DNA from: Ascidiella aspersa
Lineage: Eukaryota
Reading direction: 5' to 3'
DNA length: 64,000 nucleotides
Assembly (NCBI GenBank): GCA_963924565.1
Contig: OZ004614.1
Location: forward strand, 23,808,001-23,872,000
Shown here: in pieces, positions 12,943 through 25,776 of the stretch
Layout of the letters: every line of letters starts with the position of its first letter
How positions within the stretch are numbered: the stretch's first letter is position 1
The notes under the pieces: model-generated
The model's database searches: none
What the model was told of the DNA's origin: nothing
Seen by the model: the letters and a program-made list of their open reading frames with translations, nothing else
Program-made: the position numbers and the translations under genes

Positions 12943-14503
12943 TCAGTTAACTGCTTTGTACATGAGGGATGCCTCTGTATGAATAGGTGAGAGGTTCAAT
13001 AGGGGCTTTTTCCCGTCTTTTGATCCACGTAGTCGCCATATCGCATCACCTTTAGTGTGGAAAATCCGGTTGCCGTAAGGTGGCGCTGCGCATAACGCGA
13101 AGCTACAACCGAGGCCACATAATCGCATTCGCTGCGAGTTGCAGCTTGTATGCATGCCGCTCCAAAAAATGAAAATAGACCCGAATTGAGGAATTTTTTA
13201 CCAGTCGCGCCCATTATTAGCCAGTAGATCTTTTTCGCTTTTAACTCCTTGAAGACATCCGCTGTGAAATAAATATTATACACTCGAACATTGTAAATAT
13301 GTCATCTAAAGATATCTGATAACATTCTATTCCTATTTCCTCAAACAAGCAAAATAAATGAAATGAAAACGTTCAAAGGTAGTTTGTTTCCGATTATTAA
13401 GCTGGAAAGTTCAGTTACTTGAAGTTTTTAATCTACCGTTGTTTGATAAATTTGCCTTTTTTCATTTTATGAATAACTACGTTGGAACGCAAATCATGGT
13501 TAAAGTTCCTATGCTAATTTGTGTAAATGGCGCCGTATTTGTCTAATTCTAAATAGAGGAATCAGGTGGCACTGTATAAAGACAAATTGTATTGTATTCT
13601 CGACAAGCTTTCACACAACCGTGCTTCATTAGGTCAAAGTAAACCAGATTTATATGGTCTACAAACGTCACATTTCTACTTTGACCTAATGAAGCACGGT
13701 TGTGCGAAAGCTTGTCGAGAATACAATACAAATTGTCTTTATACAGTGCCACCTGATTCCGCTATGTTAATTTGATATCGGATCGTCATTGATACCACCC
13801 TAATGTCGGACGAGTCCCGATACTACCACTTGGCATAGGTATCGTCCCCGACACGATATTATCAAACGTCCCGAGTGTCATTCGAGATAAATTATACTGC
13901 AGCACAACTCTATTACCAATGTTTGGACTGTTTACCATTTCTTAAGATGTTATTACTATTTAAATCTAAACATCAATTTTGTCAAAAATAGTACATTCTA
14001 AACATTTGTTTCTCAATGAAGGCAATTCTTCTTGTTTACTTTGGTAGAACTTTTACACTTTCATCAATAGAATAACGCTACATACCTGACATGAATCGAA
14101 CAAACTCATTCATAGACTTTGCCTCTTCGTTCAAGTCTTCACATTCGCTTTGGTATTCCATAAGTGCCGTCCCACTTTGTAGAACTGTATTTATTTCAAA
14201 GGCAACGGGCTCTCCTGTTTCTTTGATAAAAACGCCAAAAGAAAAACCTTCTCCAATATGCTTTTCAATTCGCTTTTTATCTATTTTGAAACCCATTTCG
14301 GGGTTTACCCGGAAAATCTGTCTCATCGGGTTTTGGCCGCTAAAATTTTTTTCAAAGAAATCTTCGACGGTATTTGAGTCTTCCTCGTTAATGATTCTGC
14401 AAACACAGTCGGAAATCTTGATGCCTGAATGTACCCCTCTTTGAAATCGCATCAAATTGCACGAAAGTCGACCGTGTAGGTTTTCAATGAAAGGTAGCCG
14501 CAT
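12943..14503 (-). CDS. Insect-type AANAT-like (dopamine N-acetyltransferase family) GNAT; exons 14503-14086 and 13261-12943, frameshift at about 13008-13014
   Basis: RIINEEDSNTVEDFFEKNFSGQNPM (cf. FF.DEPL), SFGV..ETGEPVAF, SRYAQR..GFSTLKVMRYGDYVD. The family C-terminus KPLLNLSPIHTEASLMYK is in the -1 frame. Phase-1 GT-AG intron 14085-13262; possible 5'UTR donor near 14719. Confidence 0.75.
13552..13766. mobile_element. Near-perfect palindrome in the AANAT-like intron; each arm carries a hammerhead with core CTAATGA
   Basis: Arms of about 85 bp around a spacer of about 35 bp; TTTGAC-CTAATGA-A-GCAC-GGTT-GTGC-GAAA-GCTT-GTCGAG; same family as 51343. Confidence 0.85.
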
Positions 14504-17242
14504 GATGCCTTCGTAATTTTCAACTACAAATCTAAAAGTAAATAGACAAAATAAAGCAATATAGATGCCAACGAAGATTATTTTCTGCATTAAATCCTTA
14601 AATTTTCTACTTACTTGTGATTATTTAAGCTCATTTAGAATAAAATTAAACCCGAATAGCAAGGGGGGAAATTCTGATTTATTTCATGCAGTAAAATAGC
14701 GTTAATATACAGTACTCACTTTGTCAGACAGCGCCTCGCCCAAACAAGAACTCCGGTTTAACGGTAATAACATAGCACGTCTAACTTTAAGACTCAGAAA
14801 ATGGTAAAGAGAGAGAGAGACAAAGGGACTACTGAAAACACATCTTATAAAGACTAAAACAAGAAACATATCAAGAGAACGGTTGACCGGTTTACATAGA
14901 AGAGGGAAGAGGAGCGAGAGGAGGCGAAGAGGAGCGAGAGGAGCGAAGCGAGTGAAGAAAACGCCGGAAACAAGTCGAAAAAAACATTCGGTCTAAACCG
15001 CGTGGTTGGGTTCTGTACCGGAAAATGGTTTATGAAGCAACGGACGCACGGTTTAATAATGGGATAAAGCGTGTCAGGTTACAGGAAACTCGTAATGCTT
15101 AACCGAATACTTAACAAATTGAGTCTAAACACAATTAATAATTAGGCTATATTACTTTGTAGGCTAAACGCTACACGTTTTTCGAACAGAAGTCAACTAA
15201 ACTCATTTGTGCTCTCTTTGAGCGACAAACTTAACTCCAGATGCATAATTGCGCACCAATTCCTTCAAAAACAGCTCGATTCTTTAAACCCCAAAACTTT
15301 TACGTCATTGCGTAAATTGCGACGCCATAACTGAAACGGTTTTATGCGCCCTCTACCAAACCACTGCATTCATTTGGCCTTTTTTGTCGGATTCCCAAGG
15401 TTCGTATGACTTTTAGAGAATTTAAAAACACATTATGCTATAATACACAACATTAAAGTGTTGATGTATATTGTATTTAGATTATTTACTATTAAAATAA
15501 GTAAGTATATTTTCTAAATGCTAAAAATGTGAGTTATCTTTTAATATCAAGCGTTTTAATATTTCCCTGGTTTGTGATTGTTTTTCTTACAAATAAATTT
15601 CAACAAAAAGTATAGTTAGTGCATATAACACATTTATAAAATTCCAAAAAAATCGAGCTTTAGTACAAATTTTGGCCAAATTTTAACATTCGTCGAGTGT
15701 AAGGTGTCAAACTTCTTGTTTCCCACATTTGATAAGTGATGCTTTAATTTACTTCTCAGTCACATCATCTGAAGATTATACAAGATCGATGTAAAACGTC
15801 AATTCATTTGAAAACCGTGACATGAGTGCACTTAAGTCATTACAACGCTAATAAAAGCAAATTCGATATCCTATTTTTTGTTTCAAAAATTGTCATTAAT
15901 CTTAATCTTAACAAAATCTAATCAAAAACACGGCAAATTCATTGCTGGACGAGAGCCGACGACTGCCTAAGTATTCTACACGTTCCTTGTATACAACTGT
16001 AGTAAAGGATCATGTCGCTAAATATACCCGCCCTTATAACTTCTTGAACTCTAGACAGAGTCACTTTACTCAGTTTAATACTCGTTGAGTATATTCACAA
16101 ATGTCAGTACACAGGATAACGCAACACGGTGATTCAAGCCGCTGGATAAGACTGCACACAATCGAACAGCAGAAAATAGAATCAATCCAAAACGCCAATC
16201 CACTAGCCTGGGCGTTGGTCAGTGGTTAGTGGGCCATGGTCACGTGGGTTGTGATGTCATACTGGGTTAAGTAGGGAATTAATGCTTAATAAGGCTATAC
16301 TTGACTTCATTTCATTCAAAGTATAAAAACTTTATACGTAAATGCAAAGCCCTGTGCATTTCAAAAAGAGTATATAAACTATAAACAAAACAAAAACGTT
16401 TGAAAACTTACGTAAGGTTTGAATTTAAAATGTATGCCAAACTATATGCCGACTTGTGAACCTATATAGTAGCCTATATAGTAACATTTAAAAAAACTTT
16501 ACTCAATTTAAACAAATATAAAAACAAAACAATTTAAACTTTTCTTAAAGCCGGTTACCACTGAAACGCCTTGGAATGTAATTTGATTGGCGGCAAAATT
16601 TTCTGAGTACACGTGTGTTGAATCAACTTCAAAAAAAAAGTTTGCTTTTAGAATAGCAAGCGCTAAGAGCGTGTAGCCTTGATTCAAGGAAACATGAGTT
16701 TAGGCTAATTTTAGTTGCGACGCATTGCAGGTGAAATACCGCAATATTATGAAGTCAGATTTCTGTTATGTTAGGATTATGACTGCGCAACCTGTTGTGC
16801 GTATTTAGACAGAGGTTTAGGTGCGGTGGAGGTTATTTTATCAGGTTGCATATTATAAAGTTTAAAAGCTGCGATAGTTTCAATGGAAGTTGCGAGCATT
16901 TGGTTCGTTTTATTTTAACCATAAATGTTTTTTCTGGCAAAGATGTTTATTACAAGCGCCAACACTTTGTTACCTACTAGGATTATCTACCTTAAAAGCA
17001 ATAATCTTACAGCTTGACAAATATCTATACATATGAATAAAAATACAACCAGAAAACAAAGCGCTAGAAAAACAGCGCAAGTTTATTGCCTTGAAGGCGA
17101 TTAGGTGATCGAATCGTTGGGCTTTTTAAAAATCTTTGCCAAACGACCATTTATATTGGATACAATGCCAAGCAGCAGTGTTGTATTTGCTTCATTTCGT
17201 TATCTGGGAAGCCCAACAGTTTTGCATATATCACAATTCATT

Positions 17243-19557
17243 ATGATCACAAATCATTATGATTTGTTATATCGCAATTTATTATGCCTCGACTATTCTG
17301 TGGAATATTTCGACAACTTGCCTGAACGTATTTATTTTCTCGAAGATTCTTCGCGGGAACTGGAATGTGATGACCCTGGAATAAAGACTGAAGAAGTGGA
17401 ACTCGGTTCCGTTGAAGGTAAGATAGTTTTCAGGGATGTTTAAAACTTTATTGTTATTCCAAACGTTAAAAGGAACCACTAAGGGAAAACTAAAGTTTTA
17501 ATAGAGTATAGCCTAATGGACGTTTGTGGCTTCGATAACCACTAGGGTTGTCCGACAATACCGTATCGCAATGGTTCTCAACCGCCGCTCCGCGGACCGG
17601 TGCCGGTCCGCGTCAACTTTCCTGCCGGTCCGCCAAATATATTACAATCTTAAATCTCAACTACAAGATGCAAGATGCTGAAAGCTTGTCCATCAAATTT
17701 AGAACTTCGCCGGCTTCGTAATTTGCTGCATTGTGACGCAACATAGAGTTAAAGGTCTACTTTGAACTTTATCGTACGACTCAATGCAAGTGTTGTGCCC
17801 AACTGTTTAAAAGTAGGCTACAGATCGTTTAAGTCTTCAAATTTAGGACCACTTGTATTTGAAAAACTTTAATAGAACCACGTATAAGACGTATGATATC
17901 AAAGAGACAGCAGCAAATTTCTCATTACATTGAAGTTTTCGTTATTTGCTTTTAAGTTGCATACTTTCGTCATATTTGCATTTTGGGTTGATTTTGATTT
18001 TTGAAGGTCCACCGGTCCGCAAAATTTGTTTTGAAATTTTACCGGTCCGTAAGATAAAAAGGTTGAGAACCACTGCCGTATCTGATCCGATACTCGATAC
18101 CACGTGGTAGTATCACTACTCTTCCGCGCTTTGTTGGTATCGATACCGATCCGATAACAAATTAATATGAAATTTTGACACAATAACCAAGAAAAAAATG
18201 ACTTTAGCCATTCCAATTTTATCTTTTTTTACTTCTCTGTGACCATTCGTGACGTCATTTGGCATCGGATGATACATAGCGATATTTTTGGCCCAAATTA
18301 TCGTGCATTGGTATCAGAATGAAATGTAAAGTATCCCTGAAACATTTCCAGTTTTAATTATTTAAATCATTTTTTTATGGCGCAATAACACGCAGACAAA
18401 TATTTAAAAACATATTTTTTAGTTTTGAGGGTCTTTCAATTTGCGGCCTGTGGGTTTAGTATTTGTAATTTTTATACGGAACGTTAAAATGTATCGAATG
18501 ACAACCGTTACATAACTATTTCCGGTTGTCTTCATATTTCGACATTAATTACGAGTCCCTAGCGCCATTCTAATTACTATACTTTTGAACACAGCTCAAA
18601 CAAATCATGGATGTTAATAATACTTTTTGATCTATCTTCAGGATCTTCAGGATCTTCAGGATCTTCAGGATGAAAGAAATTAGCTGCAGAAGAGAGAAAT
18701 CCAAATTGGATTCCAATCAATCGGTGAGCTTGTGAGAAACGTAGAGAGCAACTTCCGCGATGTTTCGAGCCACAATTAAAACCGCTCCACTTAAACCGCC
18801 TTTCAATAAGATATTCCATTGGTTATAAAACTTATTTTGTCGTTTTATGCGTGCTGCAACGCCTTAAAAGGTACCTTGTAACAATGATAAATATATGACG
18901 CAATGCTGTAAAAGTCGAAGTCTTTTCAAAAAATAACAAGTAGAGTCCCATTCCCAGTCATTATTAGAACAAGTAAACTTCCATGTCAAATCACTCATAT
19001 AAAACTAGAACGACAAAATAATAAAATTAAAAGAAAACTTATGTATTGATAAATATTAGTTCAGTTTCACTTATTAGGCCTATTTCTATGCAGTAATTAA
19101 AGAAGTAAACTTGACACATAACACTAAATTTAATTATTTTTTGTTCTCTTAGGCGAGGAATATCATCAAGTGGGCAAAGAGATGAACACCAACACAACAC
19201 GGAACTACTACTTTTATTGGTCGCCAACAATCACAGAAGGTCAGTATTAATTGCATGTTTTTGTTATAAATCGTATGTTTGCATAAGATACCGATGTGTG
19301 CCATATTTTTCTTCTCTTAATAATACACCGTAGTTTTGGCATTCCAAGTAAAAAACCTTTGGAACTTAATCTTGCTTATCGCTATGACGACAACAAACCT
19401 TACATAGCGCTTTTTTTTTACAGAATTTTTCGCTCAATCAATTGCATCAAGCCTTGACCCTAACAAATCGATACCAGCACATCGAAATGGACACCAGCAC
19501 AAGAACCAGCACACTTTCCAGCTTCACATAAATCCAAGTGACGTAGAATATTTTTAG
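17243..19557 (+). CDS. Candidate orphan protein of about 130 aa; exons 17243-17417, 19153-19239, 19424-19557
   Basis: Strong GT-AG sites with consistent phase 1, an 87-nt symmetric middle exon, and an open frame to TAG; no recognisable domain. Confidence 0.4.
17569..18075. mobile_element. hAT-type MITE nested in an older CCGATA-rich repeat (about 17543-18340)
   Basis: TIRs CAATGGTTCTCAACC / GGTTGAGAACCACTG; TSD CCGTATCG / CCGTATCT. Confidence 0.85.
18633..18672. repeat. 9-bp tandem repeat (ATCTTCAGG)x4
   Basis: Directly visible. Confidence 0.9.
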
Positions 19558-20619
19558 TGGCTGTAGCGAGCTCGTCAGCTTCGATTGAGTGTGTTTATTT
19601 TTCAGGCCCGAAATTTTCGATATAAAACCAGGTTATTTACCTGGAATATCACGAGGCCTGCTTTTTCTGCCAAAACGTTGGTGGCTTTTGTACCATGACG
19701 TTGATATTTACGTCACGTAATGACGTATTCGGCACGTCGAAACGTCGGTGGCTATTTTTTCGCCCTTTTACAAATAACATGACGTAGACGCTTACGTCAC
19801 TTTTTAAATCGGTGCAATTTAGCAATGACGTGTTCGGCACGTCAAGTCGACGGATTTTTGTAACATTAGGAGAAGTTTCGTGGCTGTAATGTAACGGACG
19901 TTATGCGGTTTAATTCTCGCGAAATCGCATGCTTTTAGCGAAGTGTTTTTTTGTGTGTTTTATTGTACTGACCACTTAATCGAAGCTGACACCGGTAGTA
20001 TAGACAGAGTTTGCTCAAAATTGGGGTTCAATAAGTTTAGTAACTCACATTTTACTAACTAAAACTAATCTGCGCAGTTTATTTTTTGTCGTAAAGGTTT
20101 GGGTTTAATGCGTTTATAAAATGACATTTTCTTCAATTGCCACTTACTTTTGTAGTTTATTTTATAAAAGGTTAAGAACGCTATGCTACAGCCATTTTAT
20201 TTATTGTTATTTTATGGTTAGCGTTTTTAGTTTTGGTTCAGGATTTAAAACTTTAGGTTTAGGATTTCGAATCGCTTATCAGTTCAGGGGGGTCTGCCTT
20301 TCTAATCGCTGGTTAGTCATTTTCTTTTACCCGCCTTTCCATTAATTTAGTGTAGTGCGCCACTAAATTAATGCAGTGCAATAACCGCACTGTTTTTGTT
20401 ACTCGAACTAATGGTTAAATCCTGAAACGGTTTTACCTGAACCAAAACTAAAACATGTGTGTTACCCGATGAGACGAGACGATCAATCCTGTGCAAAAGG
20501 TGGGTTTGCGTGTGTTCGTTCGCAAACGTCGCGTCGTATTCGCTTTACGCTTTTCGCATTTGCGCGCATAAAGATAAACTTGCGCCTAAAGTAAGCAAGT
20601 AGGGAAAAGCCAAGACGCC

Positions 20620-21362
20620 ATGAAGTCCACAAGCCAAGTAAAGAGAAGAAGACTTCGCAAGAAGAAGATTTAAACCATTAAACAAAGTGAGTGAGTTGTG
20701 CCGCTTCAAAACAAACGCACTCTTCTATACGATTCTTTTTTGCAGAAAGACTGCTCCCTACCGCCACCCAACGGATCTCCACCTCTACCCCATTTAAAGC
20801 AACACGTGGACATCCGGTATGTTGTATTTATAACTTATAGCACCGTTTAAAACAAGATAGATTTTAGAGATAAACTGCACTTATTTATTGCTTGAAACTA
20901 GAGGTTGACAGATATATCGGCTTATGCTATTATACCCATATATTTGCCAATATTATACTATAACAATATATTATATGATTTCCAAAAAAAAAAACAGATT
21001 TTCTAAATTTTAAATGTTAAATTTGCGAAAATATTTTTGTTTTACTCACTTGGTGTGAAGCGAGGCAATAAAATAGTTGAAGTGTTTTTCTTTTTTCGTT
21101 TTCGGGTACTGGGTAACGGTTTGCAAAAACATAAAAATCGGTTACCGGTCGAAAACAAAAACCAATAATATCGGTCGATTCTCTATATTTCAAACAAAAA
21201 AGTTTACATCACCCATAATATTTATACATACTTATGCTTTCCACGTGCTTCATATGTCATAAATAAATAATTTGTATACAGAGCGCCTGGTCAGCTGAAG
21301 GGAGCGACACATGCGGCTACCAACAGGAAAGCACAATTGCACTAATGGATCCCAAACCCTAG
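20620..21362 (+). other. Probable spliced transcript with a 17-aa basic sORF (20620-20673, MKSTSQVKRRRLRKKKI) followed by non-coding exons 20746-20816 and 21282-21362
   Basis: GACGCCATG context; donors GTGAGT, GTATGT, GTGATT; acceptors TTTTGCAG and TATACAG; CpG-rich sequence upstream. Confidence 0.45.
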
Positions 21363-21433
21363 GTGATTATACCTTTTATAGTTTTGTAGATAAAGGAAGG
21401 TGCTAGTAAAGTCGCTAGTCGTGTTCCATATGT

Positions 21434-21670
21434 CAGTGTTGTAAACAAGTCATTTCAAAATTCCCAGTCAAATTATTTAACTCTTGTTCCAGTCATGTCA
21501 CTATCAAAATTGCTAAACTCGTTCTAGTATGATCAAAATTTAACTAAAAAACAACTAAAACGCTCCGTTTTATTTCCAAGCATTGGATAAATGACCTATT
21601 TTTATAAAAAATGCTTATTGAAAACACTAATTCCAACCAAAGTCATTTGAACTTATTCATTACAACACTG
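21434..21670. mobile_element. Short copy of the ACTTG-family hAT MITE
   Basis: TIR CAGTGTTGTA / TACAACACTG; TSD CCATATGT / CTATATGT. Confidence 0.85.
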
Positions 21671-24600
21671 CTATATGTACAACAGTAGTGTTTGGCCTCG
21701 TATAAGGTAAGTTTGTATTGTCTTGTCTTGTCTTATATTGTCATGCGAAAACTAGAAAAGGTGTCAGTTGTTAAGAGCTAGTCAGTCGGCTGTCTAGAAA
21801 CTTGCTTATTACAAAGCTTTGATTGACAGCATCACTAACCTTTGCAATTCATTGCAGGTACTTAACAAATGTTTTCCTTTCAGGTTTAACGTTGCTTTTT
21901 TACAGAGCGTAGGTCTGTAAGTATTTTAAAATAAGTAGGATTTTGGTAAAAAACAGTAAACTGATTTTTGGGATTCCGCCATTAACGGAAACGGTAGGTA
22001 TGGAACGGTATGTATTGCAACGAAAATGTAATTGACTATATATATAGAATCAAAGGTTTTTTTAATTTAACAAACGCTTTGTTTTTAGAACGGCCGACGG
22101 GTTTTGCTGCATCTTTACCAAGTTGAACGCTGAACCATGGATATACATGAAAACAATAAAATAAAATAAACAAAATACGCGAGTCGTTTTTTCGTTGCGA
22201 TGTATGTTGTGTAAAATAAGCTTCCGTGAAAGTAACAGCTCAATCCAGACCACATAGTGCCTGTTGTGTTAACTTTACTAAATGCAACTGTGTTTTGACT
22301 TCAAGAACCTAATTCTATTGGCGAATTTTAGGACTACTATGTTTGATAATGATTGCAAGTTAAGTTCAAGCTGTGTTAAAAGGTAAGGGTTGATTGTGAA
22401 GTAGGTCTAATCACATCCTACTCAAATTTTAACGGAAATTTACCGGCTTCGTCGTGTACCTAGTGCATCAATTCAATCCCACAAAACTATTTTAAAAAAA
22501 ATTAAAAGTCCAAGAGTCATCGTTGCCCAAGTGCAAGTGGGCAATTTGTTGAACACCAGGGCATTGGACAAATGTGAAACAAACAAATGCACTAGACGCT
22601 AGCAAAGTCGAACGCCTCACGTAAGGATGAATAAATAATCAAATGGTGGTGAAACAGTGTCACAATAACAGACTTAAGTGGCCCATGGTCGTCTTGGTCA
22701 ATGGTTATTCCAAGGTCCAAAGGTACTCCGAATTTTAAAACACGGAAAACATTTTTGACGTAACTAAATGCTTAGAAGCATGATAAACTTTTTTGTGCAA
22801 GCAATTGGACTTCAAATTAAAGCAAACATTCCTTAGTACTCATTTCTGTACTAATATGTATATATAGCTGAAAAAAAAACTCTATGGTAGCATTTAATAA
22901 CTTAAGGTACAATAAACAAAAGCAACATAACTAACGTGAGTAAAGTTTGCTTAAATTCAGTGTAAAGTTATATTTATAAATGTGGACTGTCGATGTGTTA
23001 AAAAGAGTCTATAGTGTTAAGTCATCAGCATTGTGGTAAGTGGATAAAGGAATACAAGATTAGCTGCGGTGGTCCGCGATAACACTACCACATAAAATAA
23101 TAAAACCAAAACCAAAATCCCGAATGTTATTTAATACCATGCAAAATCATCTAATTAATACTGGTATAAACTTCCACTATGCCACTTAAGCATAAACGGT
23201 GAAGTTTGGGAGACAAAATGGATATAACAACAAAACCGAACATTTGCGAGAAAACGAACTGTTATTAAACATACAATGTAACGATGATGTAAAGCAGCCT
23301 TGTCAGAGTTGCCGACATTAAATAATTCGTTTTGACCACATATGGATTTCAAAAAGGGCAGCAGGGTTGAAGAAATAACAGAATTCCGATAAGAAAGAGA
23401 CTCTTTGAGATGAATGAACTATTCCTGGTTTTAATATTTTGTGTAAGTCTCCTAATGAACCAAAAGGAAACACGCATCTAGAAACTTCACCGTGCAATAT
23501 CTCCGAAAGTGAAAAAGATATTGATCAGAACGTTTTAGAAAAGTAGTAATGTAAACCAACACCTATGGTAATTGTTATGAGTTATTAGGTGCTGTTTCTA
23601 AAAACCAAGCATTGTCATTAAATTAATAAAAAAAATATAAAAGAGTCCCGCAATTTGACAACTACTGCACTAAACCTTGATGCGCCATACATAAATTACC
23701 TTCATTCTTGTTTGACCATTTTATGATCCACACTGGTGAGGCCATACCACCAAAAATATTTTAAAAATTGCTAATTTGCGCCGCGTAACATTGTAACTCT
23801 GTACAATATGCAATTTTTACGTTTTTCAACTGTCCGCTGTTTGCACACATACGTGACTGATTTCTGTTGTAGCCATTGCATAATGCGCAACACTTTTGAT
23901 ACGTTTAATAAATTGAGCTTCGTTCGAACGTTAGGCTACGGCTTATCTTCTGCTATGTTTACTTCCGAAAACAAAAAGTTGAACTTATTTCAATGGCTTA
24001 AATGTTCGTCGTCCCTTCATAGCTTTTACGAACGAGACTGTTGAATATCGAAAACAACGCTGACTGCCACACATTAAATCACTTTTGAACAGAAGGATAA
24101 CTTAAGACTGTATATTTCAACAGGGAAGACATGACCGTGCTATCTGAACTCCACTAAATCGAAACTAAACAAACTGTCATTGCAGCATTTCAAGGTGCAT
24201 ACTGCCAGGTCGCTTATAGATTTATTGTACATTCACATAATTCAGCATAGTTCGATTCTATTAAAATGGCTTACAGCGCAGTAAAACGCGTCTCGCAAGC
24301 AAGGCATGCATTTGTTCACTGTTGTTTTTTAACCAGCGGCCGCGTGACACTATATAGCTAAGTCGAAATGCCGGCTGGATTTGCCAGAACGGCAATGAAA
24401 GCAAAAGAGTATAGGTAAAATATTTAACACTTTACCAGGCGAACACTATATAATTACAAGCACAAACAGGCATGTGTCGTTTCTCTACACGACTTAGAAA
24501 CAAAGTCCGCGACGCCTACGACAAGAGCGCTTTTGTTAGCTTATCAGACATCTCCGTCAGTAAGTTTTGGAGTAGCCACTTTTCTGTTTTAATTACATAT

Positions 24601-24930
24601 TGATTTGTAGAATTTATGCCATTTGTCATGAGGGTGGTTTGAAAAGTAAAAAAAGCTTCACCAAAATGAACGTTTAAATTTTATTACGAAAGGAGCATTT
24701 CAATTGGGTTTACCCAATTGAGGAAAGTAATTCATGCTTAGGCTATCAACAATGGTAGTTTCGTTAACTTCATAAATCACACAAGTCCGTTGTGCTTTTC
24801 TCAATACAAACTTGCCAACGCGAGTTTAGTGGCCGTTTGAATTACACCACAAACTAGATGATATAAGGCATTAATAGCTCGACAAATACAACTTTTATGA
24901 CATCATAAAAGACGCTGTGTAGACACTAAT

Positions 24931-25037
24931 ATACCGAACGCCATTGCAGATATGTATGTAAGCCGTAATCGTTGGTCAAAAATCAGCTTCAGAAGGGCTA
25001 GATTTTAGTTGTAAACACATATGTGTGTTCATGTTTC
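24931..25037 (+). mobile_element. 5'-truncated copy of the tRNA-headed SINE
   Basis: 14-bp TSD GTGTAGACACTAAT; 3' part and ACACATATGTGTGTTCATGTTTC tail match the copies at 46217 and 53034. Confidence 0.8.
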
Positions 25038-25776
25038 GTGTAGACACTAATTAAGAATGATAAACACCATTTTTTATCTCTTCACTTTATCTATAGCTTT
25101 ACTGCGTTCTATACTTAAAATGTTGGAAGACCTTATGCAAGTTTGGTTTGCTGTAACAAAGATTTGACAAACAGCAGGTAATACAAACAAAAATCACAAG
25201 AACGAAGGTCGATCTTAGAAGACAAAACTGAAGCTATTAGGCTAATTAATTCAATATACAGTAGAAATAGGGCCGATGTAGATTCCCTAGTGTTAGGATA
25301 AAGAAAGCACAAAGACACAGAATATACCATAGAAATTACAAGTGGAGATAATTAAAAAAATCATTACAAAGATTTAACTGACAGTGGCATTCCGTTGTGC
25401 TTGCTATTTCGAACAAAGTAAATAAATTCATCTTGTGTCGGATTGCCAAACGTCGTCACAATGCTATCAATGAAATCTTTTGTAAAACAATAATTTTAAA
25501 ACTATGAGCACGCACGAAAGAGATACAAAAAATGGGTTTAAAAATGTGAAACAACTTTAATGGAAAAAAACAGTGCTGTAGTTCAGTATAAAGCAGATTT
25601 AAGAGTTTTAAGTAAAAAGGGTGAAAATAAAGTCCATTACAATTTTGGAAATACATTTTATTTAGATTTTTAAAGCTTTTTTTGGTGCTTTGGATAATAC
25701 TACGCCAAAATAAAATCTTTTGAAAAACACGAAGGTCAAAAGCCTAATAAATTAACGAGGAAAATATGTGTGGAAC

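Noticed and set aside
13549-13775. Two nearly identical ORFs on opposite strands
   Set aside because: Artefact of the palindrome; non-ATG starts and no protein signal
18577-18819. ORF with PED repeats
   Set aside because: Explained by the 9-bp tandem repeat; no splice or homology support
19715-19752. Hammerhead-like GACGT..ACGTC-GAAACGTCG
   Set aside because: No CTGANGA box in front of the stem
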